Origin: an uncultured virus (IMG/VR IMGVR_UViG_3300017971_000212)
Taxonomy: Duplodnaviria; Heunggongvirae; Uroviricota; Caudoviricetes
IMG/VR virus record: IMGVR_UViG_3300017971_000212
Direction: 5' to 3' (one strand)
DNA: 64,000 nt
The position numbers and the translations under genes were made by a program. The first letter of the stretch is position 1. Every line of letters begins with the position of its first letter. The notes below the pieces were generated by a model. The model was not told where the DNA came from and did not search any database. It worked only from the letters and a program-made list of their open reading frames with translations. Below, in pieces: positions 54,715 to 64,000 of the stretch.

Positions 54715-55931
54715 CACAGCTTCAGCTCCTCGAGGCGCACGTGGCTCGTGTCGCCTCGTGGCAGCGCGCCGCCCGTCAGGTACGGATCCACGGAGGTCAG
54801 GGCGGCGTTGCGCGACTGGTCGTCGGGAAGTCCGTCGGCGTAGGCCATAAATCCCTGCTTGATCAGGTCGACCGGCGTCGTGTCGGTCAGCCGGAGGATG
54901 TCCTCGCAGGCGCCGACCCAGGCGCACACGTCCCGGTGGCTGAACTCGCCGTAGAGGTTCCGGTCGGCCACCTGCTGACGCAGCACGGTCGTCGCGCTCC
55001 CGATCTTGTCGAGGAGGTCGCCGCACCGCTCCACGAACAGGGGGAACTTGGCGCGGACGATGGGCTCCTCGTCCTCCCAGTCCATGGAGGAGAACCTCAC
55101 CTTGCGCTCGATCCGGTTGAGCATCGAGGTGTCGACCACGTTCGCGCCTCGGTACTTGCCGGTCTCGTCTCCTCCGCCCATCGTGTTGGCGGTGACGATG
55201 ACGCGCGTCCCGGAGAGCACCGGGTGCGTCTCGCCCGTGGGCCCCTTCACGCGGCTCAGGATGGAGTCCATGACGAGCCGGAAGTTCTCGGCCTGCACGG
55301 TCGTGGCTCGGTCGAAGTCGCTGAGCACGATGGTCATCGGGATCCTGCGACCCGAGAGGGGACTCGTGTAGCCGTGGACGAGAGCGTTGAACAGGTCTCC
55401 GAACTCCCAGGAGGTTCCGTCCTTGTCGAAGGATCGCTGGTAGAACCAGGGCAGGATGTCCACGTCGGGGTTGATCTGGAAGATCTCGGACGGCGAACGC
55501 GTGAGGGCGCAGATGGCCGAGACCAGGGCGTCTTTTCCCGAGCCCGAGGGCCCCCAGATCCAGTGGGATCGTCCGGCGCGGAAGTACAGGACGGCCCGCT
55601 TCACGGCCTCCCCGAGCGCGCCGTGCGTCGGCAGCCTGTAGTGGGACGGGAGCGGGAGGCAGGCGTCCTCAGGCACGTCGTGGTTGACGCTGAGGGGGTG
55701 TCCCGCCAGCTCGGTCACGAGCTTGTCGGGAGGCGGGGGGAGAGCCCGCTCGACGCCCTGGAGAGACTTCGCGTACGCCTCGGTGACGGCGCCCGACTCC
55801 AGCTCGGCGTCGGGGAAACGCGCGAGGTAGTCCTCGACCGTCATTCCGTGCTGCTCCGCGAGGTGAGATGGCAGATAGTGAACCTCGACCCCGTCGAGCT
55901 CGCACCTGACCTTCTTCGCCGCTTCGCTCAT
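54714..55931 (-). CDS. MoxR/CobS-like AAA+ ATPase with an N-terminal Zn-finger-like module
   Basis: GPSGSGK (Walker A), IVLSDFD (divergent Walker B), TANT.G.GD..G.Y.G, NR, SHR. Confidence 0.85.
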   Translation of the reverse strand: MSEAAKKVRCELDGVEVHYLPSHLAEQHGMTVEDYLARFPDAELESGAVTEAYAKSLQGVERALPPPPDKLVTELAGHPLSVNHDVPEDACLPLPSHYRLPTHGALGEAVKRAVLYFRAGRSHWIWGPSGSGKDALVSAICALTRSPSEIFQINPDVDILPWFYQRSFDKDGTSWEFGDLFNALVHGYTSPLSGRRIPMTIVLSDFDRATTVQAENFRLVMDSILSRVKGPTGETHPVLSGTRVIVTANTMGGGDETGKYRGANVVDTSMLNRIERKVRFSSMDWEDEEPIVRAKFPLFVERCGDLLDKIGSATTVLRQQVADRNLYGEFSHRDVCAWVGACEDILRLTDTTPVDLIKQGFMAYADGLPDDQSRNAALTSVDPYLTGGALPRGDTSHVRLEELKL

Positions 55932-56177
55932 GTGCTTCGCCTCCGGCTTTGCCCCTGAGGGGCCTCTTGCCTTGGGATGTATGTCTGCACGGGGCCTGGG
56001 GAAATGTTACATTGCGCGGCTCGCGCCTCGGTCCTCCACATTCCTTATACTCCTCTCCGTGGGGAAGGGAGAGGGGGCCTTTCGTGTAAAACCGTCGGAG
56101 GCTTCGTACAGGCTGCCGTGATCAAGGATCTCAAGAGGCTGCCCGGGACGTTTCCCGGCGTGCGCTACTGCAGGGCG

Positions 56178-58691
56178 ATGCAGGCCTCCGTGGACGCGAT
56201 CCTCGTGCCCAGAGGTATCGAGCGACGCGTCCTGTCTCGCGGCACGGAGTTCGAGAATCGCGACGCCTGGACGTTGAGGGCCTTCGCGAAGTTCCTGTGC
56301 GAGGCGCTGCTCGGGCACCCGGAACGCGTGCCCACGCGGGACGAGCTCAAGGGCCTCGTGCGCAAGGCCAACGGAATTCGGTGTCGCGATCCTCATATAA
56401 AGGTGGCCAAGATGCCCGAGTGGGTGAACGAGCGCGTCGCCCTCGCCATCATCGGAGGAGGTTACCACGAGGCCTGGCACACCCTCTACTCGCGACGCGA
56501 TCCGGTGCGGCTCTCCGAGGTCCAGCCCGTCGTGGAGGCGGCGAGGCCCGTCGTGGACGGGGGCGGCCGCTTCGACGCGAAGCTGTGCGGGCTCCTGTTC
56601 CAGCTCTACGCGTTCATCGAGGACGTGCGAATCGAGCGTCGCGGCAACGAGCAATTTCCCGGGGCGATCCAGCCGCTGCGCGATCTCCAGGACTTCATCC
56701 TCGACCTTGAGGCCAGGAGTCACCGCGAGGGCGCGAAACTTCAGAACGTCACGGTGAGCGACAGCGCGAGGTCGATCCTCATCCGCTGCCTGCGCGACCT
56801 CGGACTCGGGTACAACACGCAGCGTTCCCGCGAGGCCCTCGAGCACTACAGGACGACCTCTCCCGAGACGGTTGCCATGCTTGCTCCGGGCGGCGTGCTC
56901 GCGCCCCTGCTCCAGGAGCTCAAGGGCCTCGGCAAAAGGGACGAAATCGCATCCCTGGTCCTGGCGATGAAGTTCGTGTCGGTCCTGTGGGAGGCGACTC
57001 AGAGCGATCCGGCCGCCGCCCCCGCCGATCCCGCGTGCCCGAACTGCGGAGCGCCCCCGAGCCAGCTCGTGATCCGCTCGATCAGGACGCCGGAGGGCGT
57101 GCGGATCCGCGGACGAGCCGAGCTCGAGTGCAGGACGTGCGGCTACACGACGGAGATCGAGCCTCCGGATCACAGCTTGAACTTCGATCAGCGGTCCGAG
57201 CCCGCCGACGACGCCGAGATGCCCGAAATCGAAGATCGCGAGGAGGCGCCAGGTGCGGGCGGTGGCGACGGTGGTGACGGGGCCGAGGACGGCGACGGAG
57301 GGGCGGGCGACGAGTCCGAGCGCGGGGAGCAGAGAGAGGACGATGAGACTCCAGCTGCGGGAGACGAAGAAGGGACCAGCGATGGGACCGGAACCGCGGG
57401 CGCCGAGAAGGGCGACGAGGAAGACGAACCGACCACGGGTTCGGACGGTGAGGACCTCGCGGAGGGAGAGGAGGGGACCGATGGGATGCCCACGGGCGCC
57501 CGCGACGTCGGGGGTCGCGAGAGCGTCGACGCGGACGAGGACTGGGAGTGCACGGTCGAGGAGCTCCTCGAGAACTCGGCGGGCGGGCTCAACCTCGATC
57601 TGGGACAGGACCCTGAGAGCTCCCTGAACGCCTCGGAAGACATCCTCGACGGGGACGAGTCGGAGGGCGCCCTGAGCAGCGGGGAGGCGCTCGAGGAGGC
57701 CATCGCGCGGCAGGAGAAGAAGGACCATCATGACCTCAAGGCCGGGGAGATGGTCTGGAACCCCCACGATCCGATGCTCGACGAGGCGCGCCTGGTACGA
57801 TCTAAGAACCAGGAGACCGACCTGCGGACGGCGAACGAGATGCTCAACGCCGTCAACTCCGAGGTCGCCTACATGCGGGCTCGTCTCAGGATCATATTTC
57901 GGGCCCAGGAGATGGTCAGCGTGGTGCACGGCGTCCCCCGCGGGCGGCGGCTCAGCGACCGGATGCTCGTGGAGTCCCGCGCCGAGCTGATGGGCGGGAA
58001 GGCGCCCACGAGGGCCTACCAGACCGCGACGGACGTGATCGACACGTCGCTCGCGACGGTGCTAGTCCTCGACCAGTCGAGCTCCATGGCCGCGCTCCGA
58101 CGAGTGGTGGCCCAGTGCATGCTGATGGTGGCCGACGCCCTCGAGGGGGTCGGGGCGGCCACGATGGCGTGCGGCTTCCGCAACGGCGCCCATGGTGACT
58201 ACAGCCGCGAGTTCGCCGGCTCGGGATGGGAGGCGACCTACCACCGCATCCGCGGCGTCCGGTACGACGTGTTCAAGACTTGGGAGGAGCGACTCGCGAC
58301 CGTGAAGTGGCGGTTTGGTCACACGCAGGCGTCCGGGTCGACCCCGATGGCTGACGGCGTCCAGTACGGCCTCTCGGCCCTCAACGAGCGACTCGAGGCC
58401 CACCGCGTGCTGGGCATCATCACGGACGGCTGCCCGGACGACCCTCACGAGCTCGTGATCCGTCGGCAGGTGCGCCTCGCGAAGGCGGCCGGCATCCACG
58501 TGCTCGGCATCGGGATCACGGACGACGCGCGCTACGTCGAGGACCTGTTTCCCGACCACGTCTGGGCCAAGACGGTCCACGAGCTTCCGCAGCCTCTCAT
58601 GGTCAAGCTGAACGACCTGTGTGACTTCGCCGGACGGTTTCGCGGTCGACGGGCGCAGCTCGACGGGTCGGTCGTCCAGCGGGTGACGTGA
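56178..58691 (+). CDS. CobT-like vWA protein with an HExxH domain, Zn ribbon and acidic linker (start uncertain)
   Basis: HEAWH...EDVRIE; CPNC...CRTC; D/E/G-rich linker; DQSSSM, GSTP, ITDG.P. Confidence 0.85.
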   Translation: MQASVDAILVPRGIERRVLSRGTEFENRDAWTLRAFAKFLCEALLGHPERVPTRDELKGLVRKANGIRCRDPHIKVAKMPEWVNERVALAIIGGGYHEAWHTLYSRRDPVRLSEVQPVVEAARPVVDGGGRFDAKLCGLLFQLYAFIEDVRIERRGNEQFPGAIQPLRDLQDFILDLEARSHREGAKLQNVTVSDSARSILIRCLRDLGLGYNTQRSREALEHYRTTSPETVAMLAPGGVLAPLLQELKGLGKRDEIASLVLAMKFVSVLWEATQSDPAAAPADPACPNCGAPPSQLVIRSIRTPEGVRIRGRAELECRTCGYTTEIEPPDHSLNFDQRSEPADDAEMPEIEDREEAPGAGGGDGGDGAEDGDGGAGDESERGEQREDDETPAAGDEEGTSDGTGTAGAEKGDEEDEPTTGSDGEDLAEGEEGTDGMPTGARDVGGRESVDADEDWECTVEELLENSAGGLNLDLGQDPESSLNASEDILDGDESEGALSSGEALEEAIARQEKKDHHDLKAGEMVWNPHDPMLDEARLVRSKNQETDLRTANEMLNAVNSEVAYMRARLRIIFRAQEMVSVVHGVPRGRRLSDRMLVESRAELMGGKAPTRAYQTATDVIDTSLATVLVLDQSSSMAALRRVVAQCMLMVADALEGVGAATMACGFRNGAHGDYSREFAGSGWEATYHRIRGVRYDVFKTWEERLATVKWRFGHTQASGSTPMADGVQYGLSALNERLEAHRVLGIITDGCPDDPHELVIRRQVRLAKAAGIHVLGIGITDDARYVEDLFPDHVWAKTVHELPQPLMVKLNDLCDFAGRFRGRRAQLDGSVVQRVT

Positions 58692-58697
58692 ACGCCG

Positions 58698-58976
58698 TTG
58701 AGCCGACTGTTCCCTAAGAAGCGCGTGGCCAGGAAGCCGCCCCCGGACGACGAGGTCAACCTGCGCGGGCGCCTCGTCGGGCTCAGGTCGAGGCTCCGTC
58801 GCAACGCCAGGGCGACGAGCGAGACGGAGGCGGGCTACCGGAGGGCCCTGACGACGCTCACGAGGGATGCCGGGCCCCTCTTCCGCGACCTGGAACGGCG
58901 GCTCGCCGAGGTCCGCGGGCGCCCGAACAAACGGTCCGAGGGCGCGGACATCCTGGAGACGCTGAGCGGCCTCTAG
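58698..58976 (+). CDS. hypothetical basic protein
   Basis: ORF directly after the vWA gene. Confidence 0.5.
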   Translation: MSRLFPKKRVARKPPPDDEVNLRGRLVGLRSRLRRNARATSETEAGYRRALTTLTRDAGPLFRDLERRLAEVRGRPNKRSEGADILETLSGL

Positions 58977-59060
58977 GACCGTCCAGGGACTCCATCGTGA
59001 AAAGCCTCGAGTGCTCGGCGTTACTGCGTCTATGGCCTCTCCGTACGTGAGAGCCGCGTC

Positions 59061-60629
59061 ATGCGCAGAAAACGAGCGGGGCAGCACTACTTCACCATCC
59101 GGGGGCGGGGTTTCCACGACAAGCAGTGGCGCGAGATCATCCGAGTCGCGGAGGAGATCGTGGACCGCGCCAAGAAGGCCGGGGTGAAGCTGAAGCTCGA
59201 GAAGGAGCCGCGATCCCTCGTCGTGACCCCCGAGGGGGGCGACCCTCCGCTCGTCCTCTGGCGTGACGGAGAGCCCGACGTGCCGACGGAGATCACGACC
59301 CGGGGAAAGTTCGACGCCGTCGTCCAGAGCATCCTGACCGCTGCCAAGAAGGTGGCGCCCGACAGGCTCGTCATGACCTCCCCGGACGGCAGGGACTATC
59401 GACGGCTGCTTGCGAAGACGCCCCAGGCGCAGCCGGGCCAGAGTGCCTGGTCGCGGATGAAGCGCCTCCAGCAGGTCCCGAAGACCCGCGAGGAGGCGTT
59501 CCTCAAGGCGATGTCGAGACACAGGTGGCGACATCCCGAGACGGGAAACCAGGTCGAGTTCGTGAGCCTGCCGAAGAGCGAGCAGACGAAGCTCCGTCGT
59601 CGGTGGGAGCAGGAGTACGGTGACAGGTACGAGAAGGCGCTGGAGGAGGCGCGACGCGAGACCGAGGAGGCGCGGCGGGAGATCGAGGAGGCCGGGAGCG
59701 CGGTGGAGCACCTCGAGCGGGTACAGGAGCGCGCCGAGAAGGCCGAGGACATCAAATCCGAGAAGAGAGCGACCAAAATGGACGAGAAAACCATCCGCAA
59801 GGCGGCGATCCGAGTCGCGGCGAAGACCGAGGACCCGGAGCTGAAGCGCAAGATCCTGACCATCCTCAAGGGGGCCGCGGACGACGACGAGAAGAAAGGG
59901 CGCCACGAGGAGGGCAAGTCGATCGACGTCGGCACGTGGCTCAAGGAGCAGGGCTACGAGGAGGCGGCGAAGAAGTGGGAGGAGCACGAGGGCGAGATTG
60001 GCAAGAGGTCCGCGGCATCCTTGCTGTTTCCCGAGGTCCGCGAGCTCGCGTGGAAACACGTGATCGCCTTCTCGCGCAGCCACCCCGAGTCCAGGACCGC
60101 CAGCTCCTCGACGGCGCGTCGAGTGGTGGCGGCGGACCACCTGGCGAAGAAGTGGATCTCCGAGGCGATCAGGCGTCCCGGTCGCGTCCGCGAGTACCTC
60201 GGGATTCCCGAGGGCCAGGAGATCCCGATGAGCAAGCTGGACGCCGCGATCGAGAAGGTCCGTGGTACCGGCAACAAGTCCCTCATGTCGGCGCTCCAGC
60301 TCGCCAAGCGCCTCAAGGGCATGAAGCGCAAGAAGAAGGCGGAGGAGGAGGAGGAGGAGGACTATCTCACCGAGGAGAGCTTCAGGACGGCGGCCGAGGA
60401 GTTCTTCGGCAGCGAGCACATGGCGAAGAAGTGGATCCAGGAGGCGATCAAGCGCCCCGGTCGCGTGCGCGAGTACCTGGGCGTTCCCGAGGGCAAGGAG
60501 ATCCCGATGGGGAAGCTGAACGCCGCCATCGAGAAGGTGAAGGGCACCGGCAACAAGTCGCTGCTTTCCGCGCTGGTCCTCGCCAAGCGCCTCAAGCAGG
60601 GCATCGGCAAGAAGGCCGAGGTCGCCTAG
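59061..60629 (+). CDS. probable virion-associated modular protein with a duplicated KKWI.EAI.RPG module
   Basis: Two near-identical copies of about 58 aa (about 60142-60320 and 60421-60600). Confidence 0.75.
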   Translation: MRRKRAGQHYFTIRGRGFHDKQWREIIRVAEEIVDRAKKAGVKLKLEKEPRSLVVTPEGGDPPLVLWRDGEPDVPTEITTRGKFDAVVQSILTAAKKVAPDRLVMTSPDGRDYRRLLAKTPQAQPGQSAWSRMKRLQQVPKTREEAFLKAMSRHRWRHPETGNQVEFVSLPKSEQTKLRRRWEQEYGDRYEKALEEARRETEEARREIEEAGSAVEHLERVQERAEKAEDIKSEKRATKMDEKTIRKAAIRVAAKTEDPELKRKILTILKGAADDDEKKGRHEEGKSIDVGTWLKEQGYEEAAKKWEEHEGEIGKRSAASLLFPEVRELAWKHVIAFSRSHPESRTASSSTARRVVAADHLAKKWISEAIRRPGRVREYLGIPEGQEIPMSKLDAAIEKVRGTGNKSLMSALQLAKRLKGMKRKKKAEEEEEEDYLTEESFRTAAEEFFGSEHMAKKWIQEAIKRPGRVREYLGVPEGKEIPMGKLNAAIEKVKGTGNKSLLSALVLAKRLKQGIGKKAEVA

Positions 60630-60637
60630 GAGATCTC

Positions 60638-61363
60638 GTGCCCACGGAAACGAACGACGGAGAGGCTCGGGGGCCGGAGGAACCCCAGTCCGAAGAGAGG
60701 CCGCGGGAGAGGTCCGACCAGTCCAAGGGCGAGAACGACGGTGGGGAATCCAAGGACCAGGGTGAAAAGTCCAAGGACGAGGGTGAGGAAGAGACCGAGA
60801 CCGGTTCTAAGCCGGAGGACACGGAAGAGAAAGGCTCCGAAGCACCGGAAGAGCCCGAGGAGGAACCCATGAAACAGCTCGAACGCATGACTGCCGAGCT
60901 GCGGGAGATCATGGACTCGGCCTCCGGACGCGAGGCGGCGCTGAACCTCGTGAGGGAGGCCGCAGCTTTGTTCGGTGCCGACACGAAGAACCCCGGCGGT
61001 CATCAGTGGAAAGGACCACTTCCGAAGGGTTGGACGGACGAGTCGCGCAGGAAGTTCTGGGACAGTCTCACCGGGAGGGCCCCGAAGCACAAGGTCACGC
61101 AGTGCATCAAGAGAATGAAGGGCAAGGTCGGAGATCCAGGCGCCTTCTGTGCCGCGTTGGCCGACCGTGAAACTCCCGGCTGGCGCGCGGAGGCGGCGAA
61201 GGAGCGCAAGAAGAGCGCGGCGCTCGGCCTCGTCCACGAGGCGGCCATCCTGATGGGCAGGCCCCTGCGCACGCGTCGGGACTACGGTGAGCGTTCGCCC
61301 TCTCCCACGAAGGAGAGCCCGCACTCCGAGCTCCCGACAGAGGACGAGACGAGGAAGTCCTGA
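60638..61363 (+). CDS. hypothetical protein with an acidic N-terminus
   Basis: AGGAG RBS and GTG; CIKRMKGKV.DPGAFCAAL motif. Confidence 0.7.
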   Translation: MPTETNDGEARGPEEPQSEERPRERSDQSKGENDGGESKDQGEKSKDEGEEETETGSKPEDTEEKGSEAPEEPEEEPMKQLERMTAELREIMDSASGREAALNLVREAAALFGADTKNPGGHQWKGPLPKGWTDESRRKFWDSLTGRAPKHKVTQCIKRMKGKVGDPGAFCAALADRETPGWRAEAAKERKKSAALGLVHEAAILMGRPLRTRRDYGERSPSPTKESPHSELPTEDETRKS

Positions 61364-61387
61364 CGCGCTTTTCCGGTAAAGTGCCCC

Positions 61388-61804
61388 ATGGTCCCCTGGA
61401 CGAAGGGAACGCATCCCGACTACTCCGCGTTCGTGATCGAGGTCCACGTTCGGAAGGACGCCGAGACCGGCGCGCTTCGCAGTCTCCACCGTCTTCAGGA
61501 CGAGCAGGACGTCGAGGTCACGGCGACCTTGACGCCGTCGGGCGGCATGGCCGAGGGATCGTGGGCCCTCCTCACGGAGGCTATTCGCGCCGAGGCCCTG
61601 CTTCAGCTCCTCCTGAAACTCTCCAACGACGCGGAATTCAAGGAGAAAATGGAGTCGGCGGAAGAGGTGCCGGAGGATTTCATCGAAAACTTGTCGAAAA
61701 GTGCGCTACAACAAGTTCAGCGCGGGCTCAACGAGCTCGCGTCCCCTCTCGCTCACGAAGCGATCAGCGCGGTGCATGATGGACTGCGAAACCAAACCGA
61801 GTAA
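61388..61804 (+). CDS. hypothetical protein
   Basis: ORF preceded by TAAAGT. Confidence 0.65.
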   Translation: MVPWTKGTHPDYSAFVIEVHVRKDAETGALRSLHRLQDEQDVEVTATLTPSGGMAEGSWALLTEAIRAEALLQLLLKLSNDAEFKEKMESAEEVPEDFIENLSKSALQQVQRGLNELASPLAHEAISAVHDGLRNQTE

Positions 61805-62001
61805 AAGCCAGGAGGAGAAGACTTCCGTGCTCGGCGTCATCCGGGAGAGGCTGAGACCCCTGTTCCTGACGAAGTTCAGGCACTCGCGGTCATCCGCTAG
61901 GGAGCAGGTCGTCGCGCAGGGGATGACCGAGACCGAGGCGAAACTGTTCATGGCCGGATTCTCGCGAGGCTGGCTCAAGGGCGCCCTGGACGCCTCGATC
62001 A

Positions 62002-62562
62002 TCAGCTCTCGGGATCTTCGTCCGGCGCGGAAATCGGAATGTCCTCCGCCAGAGGTTCACTAGGGCCTTCCGGCACCTGGCGCTGGAGTCGTTTGCCGGG
62101 ACGGATCCTCGCCTGGATCCGCTCGGCAGCGTGCGTCCAGAGCCCTGAGGGACAGCGGACTCGCTTGCGCCGGCGTCGGACGATCCTGAAGACGCCGAAG
62201 GGCGTCCTGACCTGGCCGCCCTCCTCGCACTCCATCACCGCGTCCGGAAACACGTGTAGGACCCTCTTCACCGCCGCGCCGTCTACCCCTTCGTCGTAGA
62301 TCTCCCACTCGACGCCCCTCCCCCGCACCTCGAACACGTGGTCGATCTCGATCTCCCCCGCGTGCGTGAGGGCGACCACCCGGTAAGTGCCGGGCGCCGA
62401 GGCTCCGAGGAGCCTCAGATAGAAGCCTGACCTCACGTTCCCGGCGAGGTCACAACCCGTGCGGAAGACGGAACCGCCCTGCTCGAACTCGCCCTGAGTC
62501 CCCGACTGCACGAGGGTCCGAGACAGCTCGGAGACCCGAGAGACGAGCGTTTCGTACAGCAT
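62002..62562 (-). CDS. hypothetical protein
   Basis: Minus-strand ORF with natural composition. Confidence 0.55.
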   Translation of the reverse strand: MLYETLVSRVSELSRTLVQSGTQGEFEQGGSVFRTGCDLAGNVRSGFYLRLLGASAPGTYRVVALTHAGEIEIDHVFEVRGRGVEWEIYDEGVDGAAVKRVLHVFPDAVMECEEGGQVRTPFGVFRIVRRRRKRVRCPSGLWTHAAERIQARIRPGKRLQRQVPEGPSEPLAEDIPISAPDEDPES

Positions 62563-62651
62563 TGACCACTTGAGAACGCGCGACCCATAGAGGCATTACC
62601 GGCCCGATAGTCCCTCTATGTCCTTCCTTCCGTAGAACACGCGGTCTCGCC

Positions 62652-62993
62652 ATGCAAGTTACCGACGTCACGGGCGCCCTCCTTCGGCTGTGTCGAGAGG
62701 ATCAGGAGTTTCAGCGGAGGCTGGCCGCGGAGCTCGGAAGGACGAAGCTCGCGGCCGTCGACCGGGAGTACATGGTCTGGCAGTCGCTCCAGAAGATCAT
62801 GGATCTGACACCCAAGGTGCTCGACATGGCCCGGGCGGACCTCGACGGGTTGGAGGACTGGCAGGAATACAAGCTCAACCTCGCCGCCGAGTACCTCGAC
62901 GCCGTGCACGACTCGCTGAAGTACAGGCCCGAGGAGATCGAGGTCGAGGGCACGCGCATCGTGACCAACGACACGGCTCCCGCAGGGGGATGA
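62652..62993 (+). CDS. hypothetical phage protein
   Basis: LEDWQEYKLNLAAEYLDAVHDSL helical motif. Confidence 0.65.
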   Translation: MQVTDVTGALLRLCREDQEFQRRLAAELGRTKLAAVDREYMVWQSLQKIMDLTPKVLDMARADLDGLEDWQEYKLNLAAEYLDAVHDSLKYRPEEIEVEGTRIVTNDTAPAGG

Positions 62994-62994
62994 C

Positions 62995-64000
62995 GTGAGC
63001 GAACGCTTGGCAGAGGCGTTCAAGGAGTTCGCGCTCGGGCGCAGGTTTCGGCATCCTCGGACCGGCAACCAGGTGCTCTTCGCCTCCCTCCCCCCGGAGG
63101 AGCAGCGGCGCCTTTTCCAGCAGTGGATGAGAGGCCGCGAGCAGCTCGAGGGGATCCGCCGGTCGCCGCGGGCTCTGCAGAAGATGAAGGAGCAGCAGGA
63201 GCAGATGCGCCTGGCTCGGGCCGACGTGGAGCCCGTCCGGCAGCGGAGCCAGTACTCGTGCATGAGCGCGAGCATGGCGATGTGCCTGCGCGCTCTCGGC
63301 GTCGACTGCCTCGAGGACGAGGTGAACCGGGTCATGGGATCGCGTCCGATGAAGGGCGCCTCCTGGGAGAACGCCCTCGCGTGTGGTCAACACTACGGCA
63401 TGCGCTGCACGCTCGTCTGTCCGGCTACCACGCCGCAGCTCAGGGAGTGGACGGACCGGGGCGTCCCCGTGATGATCGCGTGGAATCCCGAGAACAGGCC
63501 GTGGTCCCACGCCTCGGTGGTGTTCGACGTGGACGAGGACCTGAACGTCCACGTGGCCGACCCGAACATCCCGGACCCCGACGAGACCGTGCGCGTGGTT
63601 CCGAAGTCGGAGTTCTACCGCAAGTGGTACGAGAAGTGGCCAGACTACCTGGTGAGGAGACCGGCCATGGCGGTGGAGCGCGAGGTCACGACCGACGGGC
63701 GTCAGGTCGTGGCCTTCGACGGCCGCAGGGTCGCGGCGCGCCACGGAACGCAGGCTAGGGAGGCCCTGGAGGACTACGTCCAGGCCGTGACGAACCTCGA
63801 GACGAGCACGGACCTCGTTATGCTCGCGACGAACAGGCTGCGGTTCCTCGGCCTTGAACCGCACGAGGACGAATACCCCTTCGCGGAGCCCATAGATCAC
63901 GTGGCGTCCGACATCTTCCGGTGGCGCGGCGAGGTGGACGCCAAGTACGCCCCGGACGGCACCGTAAAGATCGCCCGCCGCGTGGCCCACAGATACCTGG
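62995..64000 (+). CDS. C39-like (papain-fold) cysteine peptidase domain protein, truncated by the window end
   Basis: My own translation: RQRSQYSCMSASMAM...GVPVMIAW...WSHASVV...VHVADP (Q-C-H-D); not in the ORF track. Confidence 0.8.
   Translation, partial: MSERLAEAFKEFALGRRFRHPRTGNQVLFASLPPEEQRRLFQQWMRGREQLEGIRRSPRALQKMKEQQEQMRLARADVEPVRQRSQYSCMSASMAMCLRALGVDCLEDEVNRVMGSRPMKGASWENALACGQHYGMRCTLVCPATTPQLREWTDRGVPVMIAWNPENRPWSHASVVFDVDEDLNVHVADPNIPDPDETVRVVPKSEFYRKWYEKWPDYLVRRPAMAVEREVTTDGRQVVAFDGRRVAARHGTQAREALEDYVQAVTNLETSTDLVMLATNRLRFLGLEPHEDEYPFAEPIDHVASDIFRWRGEVDAKYAPDGTVKIARRVAHRYL

Noticed and set aside
56007..60419. Very long antisense ORFs (e.g. 56007..57929, 58062..60419; also 234..1640, 20566..22323, 44523..46274)
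   Set aside because: These are shadow frames expected opposite real genes in high-GC DNA; they have no motifs and a biased composition.
60142..60600. Long direct repeats as a CRISPR array or mobile-element ends
   Set aside because: They are in-frame protein domain duplications with synonymous differences. No repeat-spacer array or cas gene was seen anywhere in the window.

Overview
GC-rich, gene-dense window that reads as part of a large (jumbo-type) bacteriophage genome, or a similar giant extrachromosomal element. This is inferred from gene content; no capsid, terminase or polymerase gene is recognisable here. It carries many short hypothetical genes, 27 canonical-looking tRNA genes grouped by codon box, several tRNA-like RNAs, HNH-type endonucleases, and translation-support genes (EF-Tu, Pth2, an RRM protein). 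Two features stand out. (1) A minus-strand block of about 11 kb (41164-52423) encodes a complete deamidating NAD+ salvage route (PncA, PncB, NadD, NadE), an NrtR-type Nudix protein and an ADP-ribosylglycohydrolase. A vWA / PP2C-phosphatase / protein-kinase triad is embedded in it, and a WGR-PARP gene lies at 20647-22290. (2) A circularly permuted tRNA-Leu(TAG)-like or YrlA-like RNA (8726-8870) sits where a Leu(TAG) gene would be expected in the tRNA array. The right end has a divergent AAA+/vWA (CobS/CobT-like) pair and probable virion-associated proteins with repeated motifs. All calls come from manual motif reading; no database searches were run.
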